A stretch of 64,000 nucleotides of DNA from Coleofasciculus chthonoplastes F2-STO-03 (GTDB lineage Bacteria; Cyanobacteriota; Cyanobacteriia; Cyanobacteriales; Coleofasciculaceae), in the NCBI GenBank assembly GCA_040222015.1, contig JAVJWO010000047.1:130603-194602 (forward strand), read 5' to 3'. Below, piece by piece: positions 57,148 through 64,000 of this stretch. Both the position numbers and the translations under genes were made by a program. Under the pieces are notes generated by a model. It was not told the DNA's origin. It searched no databases and saw only the letters and a list, made by a program, of their open reading frames with translations. Within the stretch, counting starts at the first letter, position 1; each line of letters opens with the position of its first letter.

Positions 57148-57382
57148 ATTCACTCCCAATTGTTGATGAGATGTTAATTAACTCAACTCTGATGATGACC
57201 GATAACTGAACCAATGGACTAGGGGTTGATATCCCCACCACCCTTTTGTGCTTTTTATGAAATCGCTAATCGTGGTTCAGAATGTCTTTCTGCATCTCCT
57301 AAATCCCGATAACCCAATCCGGAGAGAATGCCGGAGACGTATTATTCTAGAGAGATTTGGAGAATTCTAAGATAGCAAGATT

Positions 57383-57814
57383 ATGGATAAGTTTATGACA
57401 GCCGCGATCGCTCAAGCCAAGCAGGGACTCCAGGAAGGGGGAATTCCCATTGGTTCAGTTTTAGTCAAAGGGGGTCAGATTATTGGTCAGGGATATAATA
57501 AGCGCGTTCAAGATAATGATCCTGTGACCCACGCCGAGATTGATTGCCTGCGTTATGCGGGCAGAATCGGCAACTACAATGACACAATCCTATACTCTAC
57601 ATTAATGCCCTGTTACCTCTGCGCCGGGGCTGTGGTGCAATTTGGGATTAAAAAAGTGATTGCTGGCGAGTCTCAAACCTTTGCCGGTGCTAGGGAATTT
57701 ATGGAATCCCATGGCGTCGAGGTTGTGGATTTGAATCTAGAGGAGTGCCAGCAGATGATGAGCTACTTTATTCAACAGCATCCCAAACTCTGGCATGAAG
57801 ATATCGGCGTTTAG
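57383..57814 (+). CDS. Nucleoside/cytosine deaminase (CDA superfamily)
   Basis: PIGS, HAE, PCYLC zinc motifs, W.EDIG C-terminus. Confidence 0.9.
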   Translation: MDKFMTAAIAQAKQGLQEGGIPIGSVLVKGGQIIGQGYNKRVQDNDPVTHAEIDCLRYAGRIGNYNDTILYSTLMPCYLCAGAVVQFGIKKVIAGESQTFAGAREFMESHGVEVVDLNLEECQQMMSYFIQQHPKLWHEDIGV

Positions 57815-57935
57815 CCGAAGAGATGGGGAAGATGGGGAAGATGGGGGAGATGGGGAAGAGTTTTGAAAGTTGTAGGGGCGGGTTTCACAACTATCTTTTC
57901 GGTTACACCCAGATGTAACTAAACCCGCCCCGACT

Positions 57936-58005
57936 TGACCAATGACCAATGACCAATGACCAATGACCAATGACCAATGACCAATGACCAATGACCAATG
58001 ACCAA
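57936..58005. repeat. STRR heptamer TGACCAA x10
   Basis: Ten perfect copies; other STRR tracts at ~28413-28450, 32762-32805, 43085-43120, 56080-56115, 57820-57860, 61336-61370. Confidence 0.95.
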
Positions 58006-58241
58006 TAACAAGTTAATAAAAGTTCATCAGAACTTCACTGGGTTTTTCTAGGACTTTATCTGGACTTGATGGATCATTCGCTAATCTGGTAAACAAGCTA
58101 AGGCAAGTCGATTCACACCCAAGCAATCTCTCCTGCCAACTGGCTTAATCAGCATCGGCAATTTGCAATTTGGTGAAATTTGAGAAAGATGCCTTGTTTC
58201 GCACAACTGATACTGGAAATTGTCACTAGGACTTATTAATC

Positions 58242-59159
58242 ATGACTGGCTCTCCTTTAAAAAAATTTCTCTTTACGCCGATAATTCTTTCAACCGCCAT
58301 CTTCTCAGCTTTGACTTTACCTCTAGCGTTCTTCGGAGATCAAGAGGTCACAATCCAACTGCAAGAAGAGCCTGTACATCATGGAAAAGTCCGGGATATG
58401 GCGATGCCTTACTTAGGATTGGTAAGTGTTTTAGGTTTAGGTACAGGAATCGCGACAATCGCTGTAACCGGGTGGCGACAATCGTCCAAGAAATCTGCCC
58501 AAGCTGAAGAACAGCTTTCGGATTTAGAGCTGCATCTTCAAGAAAAGGAACAACTTTTAGAAGAATTGAAACAGTCTAAATCTCGACTCGCAGCGGCTGG
58601 ACTCAATAATTTTTTAGAGAAAGAAGGCGAACAAGAATCAGGTCTGCTTTCTGAGAACGAAGATCAACCCCTGGTTGAAGAAACCATTAAACCAGAACCG
58701 GAAATTGTTCCACCTTCTGAAAATGAAGCTCAACCTCTAGTCGAAGAAACTGTTAAACCGCAACCTGCACTAACACCTACTGTGGTGACATCTGAGGAAC
58801 AGCCGATAAGTGTTCCGTTCACCATCACCACACAACCCTTCTATACCCAACCGACTACCACTCATCCCGTTAGCAGCCAAACAGCGTCAGCGAAATTTGC
58901 CTCGGCTCAAAGCTTCCTGGGTTATCAACCAAAAACATCGGTTCCCTCTGCATCAACTGTTACCCCAGTTGGTGCCTCTGACGTTGAACAACTTCAGGTT
59001 CAACTCCAAAACATAATGTCTCAGATGATTGTCATGCAAGCCGAACTACAGGCGGCTCAAAAAGCGTCTCAGTCTCAGGGACATGCAACCGAACCGCGCC
59101 ATTCAACATCACTCAAGGTGATTCAGTCTTGGTCTCAACACCCTCAGGCAGTAATTTAA
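58242..59159 (+). CDS. Hypothetical membrane protein, paralog of 14949..15803
   Basis: Same N-terminal 2-TM module and coiled coil; internal 22-aa tandem duplication SENE(D/A)QPLVEET(I/V)KP. Confidence 0.75.
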   Translation: MTGSPLKKFLFTPIILSTAIFSALTLPLAFFGDQEVTIQLQEEPVHHGKVRDMAMPYLGLVSVLGLGTGIATIAVTGWRQSSKKSAQAEEQLSDLELHLQEKEQLLEELKQSKSRLAAAGLNNFLEKEGEQESGLLSENEDQPLVEETIKPEPEIVPPSENEAQPLVEETVKPQPALTPTVVTSEEQPISVPFTITTQPFYTQPTTTHPVSSQTASAKFASAQSFLGYQPKTSVPSASTVTPVGASDVEQLQVQLQNIMSQMIVMQAELQAAQKASQSQGHATEPRHSTSLKVIQSWSQHPQAVI

Positions 59160-59462
59160 TAGTCCATACCCCCCCTTTTTTTAGCTATACGTCCGATCCT
59201 CTCTGGTTGAATACTGACACTTGGATGGAGACAAGGCAGATGGCAGAAGGCTTCAGGGTATAAAGGAAAGAAAATGGTTGCAAGGTAGAAGGAAATAATG
59301 ACGGTTTCGGTGAATATGATTTCAGACAAAAAACTACACTTCGGGATAAAAAATTAGCGTCAATTTTTTCTTTTATCCACTTTTGTTTGGTTAGGGATCT
59401 GCTTGAGATGGGGAAGTCCGCGTTATACTCACAGAGTTAGCCTGGGCAGGATTTCACAAACC

Positions 59463-60080
59463 ATGTCTACCGGATCTTACGAGAAAAGTAATTGGGCTTG
59501 GCAGTTTCAGCAGTGGCAAAAACAAGTAGGGGAATGGTGGGAACTGCAACTGTCCCGATTTTCTCCGGATTTCCCGGATAGTCCCGATTGGTCTTTACCC
59601 GCTTGGTTAAGTTCGCCTGTTTTGTTCTTTATTGCCAGGGCAATCTTTTGGGTACTGATTGCTTTCCTGGTATGCTGGATTGTTCTACAACTCATGGGAC
59701 GGTTTTCTCCTTATCTTTATTCGTGGAGAAACCAACTGGATCAGCACTCTGAGAAACTCACAAACACGCCAGATAGAACCTTATCCGTTGCTGATTGGTT
59801 GACGCGATCGCAAAACGCCCAAAAGCAAGGTAACTACCGTGAGGCTTGCCTGTGCCTTTATCGAGCCATGTTACAACAGTTGCATGATAGTGGACAAGTT
59901 CCCCAGCAACCCAGTCGCACGGATGGGGAATATCTGCATTTAGTCCAACAGTTCCCTCAGTCTAGCGCCTATCAACGCTTGCTAATGACCCATCAACAGC
60001 TTTGTTTCAGTCAGACTCCAGCCTCGCGATCGCTGTTTGAGGAGTGTCAGCAAGCATATCAACAAATCAATCAAGGGTGA
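59463..60080 (+). CDS. DUF4129 domain protein
   Basis: TM then YREAC..LYRA.L..L...SRTDGEY; first gene of operon. Confidence 0.85.
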   Translation: MSTGSYEKSNWAWQFQQWQKQVGEWWELQLSRFSPDFPDSPDWSLPAWLSSPVLFFIARAIFWVLIAFLVCWIVLQLMGRFSPYLYSWRNQLDQHSEKLTNTPDRTLSVADWLTRSQNAQKQGNYREACLCLYRAMLQQLHDSGQVPQQPSRTDGEYLHLVQQFPQSSAYQRLLMTHQQLCFSQTPASRSLFEECQQAYQQINQG

Positions 60081-61195
60081 TGAACATTTCCAAACGACGG
60101 TTAGGGGTATTGAGTGCGATCGCGATCGCGGTTATGATCCTGATTACCCTAGTCGCTGCGCCAGCGAACAATAAACTTAATAGTGGTTCAACCTATAGCC
60201 GCGCCCCCGATGGCTACGGGGCTTGGTATACATTTATGGCAGAACGGGGAACTCCCATCCAGCGCTGGCAAAAGCCATTGAGTGAATTCGAGGATCGCCA
60301 GGATGTCACCTTGTTGCGCGTTCACAGCCGTTTAGTTCCAAATCAATTAGATACTCTAGAGAGAGACTGGGTTAAAAAGGGCAATACCCTAATTATCGTC
60401 GGTGTTCACCAACCCGTAACCGAAGCTGAATTTAGCACCCTACAGGATAGTCCAGTTGGCAACGTTAAGATTGACACCAGGCGGCGACATAAGTCGAGCA
60501 ACGACGCTATTCTCAGTGATGACTTTGGCGCGATTATATGGCAACAGCAACGCGGAAAAGGACAAGTGATTTTCGTTACTACTCCCTATCTTGCTGCCAA
60601 TGCATATCAAGATTTTCCAGCTAACTATGAACTATTAGCTAAACTGGTAACCCATAAAAAACTAGCCGATCCAATCAAAAATCCAACGATCAACTCATCC
60701 GCCAACCCCAATCAACTATGGGTTGATGAATATATTCATGGTTATAAAGACAAAGAAGAAATTGAACGCGAAGTTGGCGAAAATGCAATCAGTTATTTAA
60801 TCAAAACCCCCTTATTTCCCCTGCTTATCCAAGGAATTATTATCCTACTCGTGGCGATTTGGGCGGCTAATCGTCGTTTTGGACAACCCGTCACCCTATC
60901 CGCCCCTGTGGTGGATAATAGTGAAGCATACATTCGGGCGCTAGCGGCTGTCTTACTCAAAGCTGGGAGTCATGACTTTATTGTAGATAGGGTGGGCAAA
61001 GCAGAACAGCGACAACTCCAGAAAGACTTAGGATTAGGAGAGACTCCCCTCAATCATCAATCCCTAGTAGCGGCTTGGGCGCGACAGACGGGGCGTCCCG
61101 CCAAAGACTTAGAACAACTGTTGCAAGTCTCTAACAAACGCCGCTTGAGTGAATCCGACTTGCTAAACTGGTTGAGAAAATGGTCAGAATTATAA
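60080..61195 (+). CDS. DUF4350 domain protein
   Basis: GSTYSRAPDGYGAW, VDEYIHGY, RRFG; TGATG overlap with upstream gene. Confidence 0.85.
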   Translation: MNISKRRLGVLSAIAIAVMILITLVAAPANNKLNSGSTYSRAPDGYGAWYTFMAERGTPIQRWQKPLSEFEDRQDVTLLRVHSRLVPNQLDTLERDWVKKGNTLIIVGVHQPVTEAEFSTLQDSPVGNVKIDTRRRHKSSNDAILSDDFGAIIWQQQRGKGQVIFVTTPYLAANAYQDFPANYELLAKLVTHKKLADPIKNPTINSSANPNQLWVDEYIHGYKDKEEIEREVGENAISYLIKTPLFPLLIQGIIILLVAIWAANRRFGQPVTLSAPVVDNSEAYIRALAAVLLKAGSHDFIVDRVGKAEQRQLQKDLGLGETPLNHQSLVAAWARQTGRPAKDLEQLLQVSNKRRLSESDLLNWLRKWSEL

Positions 61196-61374
61196 ACAGT
61201 TTTGACCCTTCACAACCTTCGAGGGCATGGCGCATGAATGTGTAGGGGCGGGTTTGACAACTATCCTTTCTTCCCTCACCCAGATGCGACTAAACCCGCC
61301 CCGACGTAGAGACGTAGCATGCTACGTCTCTACATTCCCCTGTTCCCTATTCCCTGTTCCCTGTTCCCTGAAAC

Positions 61375-62325
61375 ATGACAAATGACAACACCATCTTTAA
61401 TCGCATCAGCCAAACCCTGGGCAAAGTTGTTTTGGGTCAATCGACTGTCGTGCAACAGTTGCTTGTCGCTCTACTGAGTGGAGGTCATGTCATTATCGAA
61501 GGTGTACCGGGAACCGGAAAAACCTTACTGGTGAAAGTGCTGGCAAAATTAATACAAGCCGATTTTCGCCGAATTCAACTTACTCCTGATATTTTGCCCT
61601 CAGATATTCTCGGAACCAATATTTTTGACCTGAATAGCCGCAGTTTTACCCTCAAGCAAGGACCCGTTTTTACCGAGATTTTGCTGGCGGATGAAATTAA
61701 CCGTACACCCCCAAAAACCCAAGCCGCGCTATTAGAAGCGATGGAAGAACAACAGGTGACGTTAGATGGGGAAAGTTTGCCTTTACCGGACTTATTCTGG
61801 GTGATTGCGACTCAAAATCCCCTAGAATTTGAGGGAACTTATCCGTTACCCGAAGCGCAGTTAGACCGCTTTTTATTTAAACTGGTGGTGGATTATCCCG
61901 ATACCGCCGCCGAAAAGCAGATGTTGCTGAATGTACAAAAGGGATTTCGGGCTAAACGTTTTGATTTGGAACGTCTCAAACCTGTAGCAACTGTAGGACA
62001 TATTCTTAATGGGCGTAAAGCGGTGCAAGGGGTTGATGTGGATGAGAAGATATTGGATTATCTATTAGCGTTGGTGGGAGGTTCACGTAACCATCCGGAT
62101 TTGGCGTTAGGGGCGTCTCCTCGGGCGACGGCGACGTGGTTACAAACGAGTAAGGCGTATGCTTGGTTGGCGGGGCGGAATTATGTGACACCGGATGATG
62201 TGAAAACAGTTGCGCCGCCGTTGTTGCGTCATCGTCTGATTTTGAAACCAGAGGCGCAGTTGGATGGGTTGATGGTTGATGGGGTGATTGCGTCGTTATT
62301 GAAGCAGGTTTCGGTTCCGCGATGA
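61375..62325 (+). CDS. moxR: MoxR family AAA ATPase
   Basis: GVPGTGKT, RIQLTPDILPSD, LADEINR, ATQNP, LPEAQLDRF, GASPR. Confidence 0.95.
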   Translation: MTNDNTIFNRISQTLGKVVLGQSTVVQQLLVALLSGGHVIIEGVPGTGKTLLVKVLAKLIQADFRRIQLTPDILPSDILGTNIFDLNSRSFTLKQGPVFTEILLADEINRTPPKTQAALLEAMEEQQVTLDGESLPLPDLFWVIATQNPLEFEGTYPLPEAQLDRFLFKLVVDYPDTAAEKQMLLNVQKGFRAKRFDLERLKPVATVGHILNGRKAVQGVDVDEKILDYLLALVGGSRNHPDLALGASPRATATWLQTSKAYAWLAGRNYVTPDDVKTVAPPLLRHRLILKPEAQLDGLMVDGVIASLLKQVSVPR

Positions 62326-62429
62326 TGGGATTGCGATGATTCAAAATTCAAAACCTAGTCAGGGCGGGTTTAGTTGCATTTGGGTGAGGCAAGAAATGAT
62401 AATAGTGAAACCCGCCCCTACAAACTAAT

Positions 62430-63740
62430 ATGATTATTCCGTCACAACGTCTTTATTGGCTGCTGCTACTGGGTATGATAATCGCCCTGTTGCTGGCTGT
62501 TGTGTTTAATCAGCCAAGCAGCATTTGGGGAACTCTGGGATTTGATGCGATTGTCCTGAGTTTAGCGGTTTGGGATGGACGACGGGTTAAACCGTATCGT
62601 GTTACAGTGACGCGCTATCCGTTACATCGATTATCCATCGGGCGGGATAATCCTGTGGTATTATCGGTGCGATCGCGATCGTCATCTGCCCAGATTCGCC
62701 TGCGTGATCATTACCCGCTAGAGTTTGATGTCTCTACACCCACTCTCTCAGCCCAACTGGAAGCCAATTATACTCAGGACTTTACCTACACCGTTAATCC
62801 TAAACGTCGCGGCGAGTATCAATGGGGAGATATTCAAGTGCGACAACGGGGGCACTGGGGATTAGCATGGCTGGATTGGACCATCCCCGCGAGTCAGACG
62901 GTGGCGGTGTATCCGGATTTGCTGGGATTGCGAGAACTCTCAATTCGCCTCACCTTAGAAAATACCGGAACCATGCGCCAAGCGCGACGCCTGGGTGCGG
63001 GAACCGAGTTTGCGGAACTTCGGGACTATGGTGTTGGAGATGATACTCGGCTCATTGATTGGAAAGCTACAGCCCGCCGTTCGCGTCCGTTAATCCGGGT
63101 ATTGGAACCAGAGAGGGAGCAAACGTTAATTATTTTACTCGACCGAGGGCGGTTAATGACGGCACAGGTGCAGGGATTAAAGCGATTTGATTGGGGGTTA
63201 AATGCGACATTATCCCTAGCTTTGGCGGGATTAAATCGAGGCGATAGAGTGGGAATTGGTGTGTTTGACCGAGAGGTAACCCGTTGGATTCCACCGGAAC
63301 GGGGTCAGCATCAGTTATCGAAATTAATAGAACGTTTGACGCCAATTCAACCTGTATTATTAGAACCGGATTATTTTGGCGCGGTGACGCGATTAGTGAA
63401 TCAACAAACTCGTCGTGCTTTAGTCGTTTTGATTACTGATATTGTTGATGTAACCGCTTCGGCTGAACTCTTATCAGCCATGGGACGCCTTACGCCGCGT
63501 TATTTGCCCTTTTGTGTGACATTACGTGATCCCCAAGTTGACACTATTGCTCACACTCGGACGTCTGATATAGAAACAACATACTCTCGTGCGGTTGCGT
63601 TAGATTTAATTGCCCAGCGTCAGGTAGCTTTTGCCCAATTGAAGCAAAAAGGGGTGTTGGTATTAGATGCACCAGCGAATCAGATTAGTGAGCAGTTGGT
63701 TAACCGTTATTTACAACTGAAGGCGCGGAGTTTACTCTAA
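62430..63740 (+). CDS. DUF58 domain protein (MoxR-associated vWA-like)
   Basis: EFAELRDY..GDD.R.IDWKATAR, LDRGRLM, GDRVG, LITD. Confidence 0.92.
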   Translation: MIIPSQRLYWLLLLGMIIALLLAVVFNQPSSIWGTLGFDAIVLSLAVWDGRRVKPYRVTVTRYPLHRLSIGRDNPVVLSVRSRSSSAQIRLRDHYPLEFDVSTPTLSAQLEANYTQDFTYTVNPKRRGEYQWGDIQVRQRGHWGLAWLDWTIPASQTVAVYPDLLGLRELSIRLTLENTGTMRQARRLGAGTEFAELRDYGVGDDTRLIDWKATARRSRPLIRVLEPEREQTLIILLDRGRLMTAQVQGLKRFDWGLNATLSLALAGLNRGDRVGIGVFDREVTRWIPPERGQHQLSKLIERLTPIQPVLLEPDYFGAVTRLVNQQTRRALVVLITDIVDVTASAELLSAMGRLTPRYLPFCVTLRDPQVDTIAHTRTSDIETTYSRAVALDLIAQRQVAFAQLKQKGVLVLDAPANQISEQLVNRYLQLKARSLL

Positions 63741-63761
63741 CAGGGGTTGAGAGGGTGGGGC

Positions 63762-64000
63762 AGGGCGGGTTTTGGATAAAGGTTATTGGTTTGTGGGTTA
63801 AGTTTGTCCCTAAACCCGCCCCTACAGACAAATGAAACTCGCCCTAATCCCAACCTGAAAGGGGATAAAAAAACACCGGATTTTTAACCGCGATCGCATC
63901 CCAAAAATGTAGGGGCGGGTTTAGGAATTCAATCAGGAAACCTACCTCAAACTAAACAACAAAACCCGCCCTAATCCCAACCTGAAAGGGGATAACAAAA
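63762..64000. repeat. Cluster of REP-like hairpins with duplicated AAAC(T/C)CGCCCTAATCCCAACCTGAAAGGGGATAA
   Basis: Duplicate at 63835-63870 and 63962-63997 with intervening HIP1 and GTAGGGGCGGG element; continues past edge. Confidence 0.8.

Noticed and set aside
57737..57991. 84-aa ORF MVIGHWSLVIGHWS...
   Set aside because: Translation of STRR and REP repeats overlapping the deaminase antisense.
57936..58005. Tandem repeats as possible CRISPR array
   Set aside because: Pure heptamer STRR without spacers; the other duplications have only two units and there are no cas genes.

Overview
64 kb of chromosome from a filamentous cyanobacterium. The evidence is frequent HIP1 GCGATCGC octamers, heptamer STRR repeats, GTAG-footed REP-like palindromes, ycf34, ycf23 and a PEP-CTERM protein; an Oscillatoriales/Coleofasciculus-like source is my inference. 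Most genes are housekeeping or conserved hypothetical (map, cca, selD fusion, dctP-type, hupE, amidase, two Ser/Thr kinases, a DUF4129-DUF4350-MoxR-DUF58 operon). Accessory patches: (i) a fused restriction-endonuclease/N6-methylase running off the left edge, divergent from a PIN toxin-antitoxin pair; (ii) an AT-rich module of small ORF + DUF1611 + PLP ornithine/alanine-type racemase, with a structured leader, divergent from a sensor-LuxR regulator; (iii) a pseudo-caspase and a vWA protein with a tandem unnamed C-terminal domain; (iv) a hotspot downstream of selD where codon-aligned, diverged echoes of one internal selD segment bracket a Uma2 gene and precede an IetAS (AAA ATPase + S8 protease) defence/TA system with a LexA-like palindrome upstream. 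Many intergenic gaps hold truncated gene remnants, several starting or ending at HIP1 sites, and REP/STRR elements are incorporated into coding sequences. I found no rRNA, tRNA, CRISPR array or intact transposase/integrase. All family assignments come from motif recognition by eye; no database searches were run.
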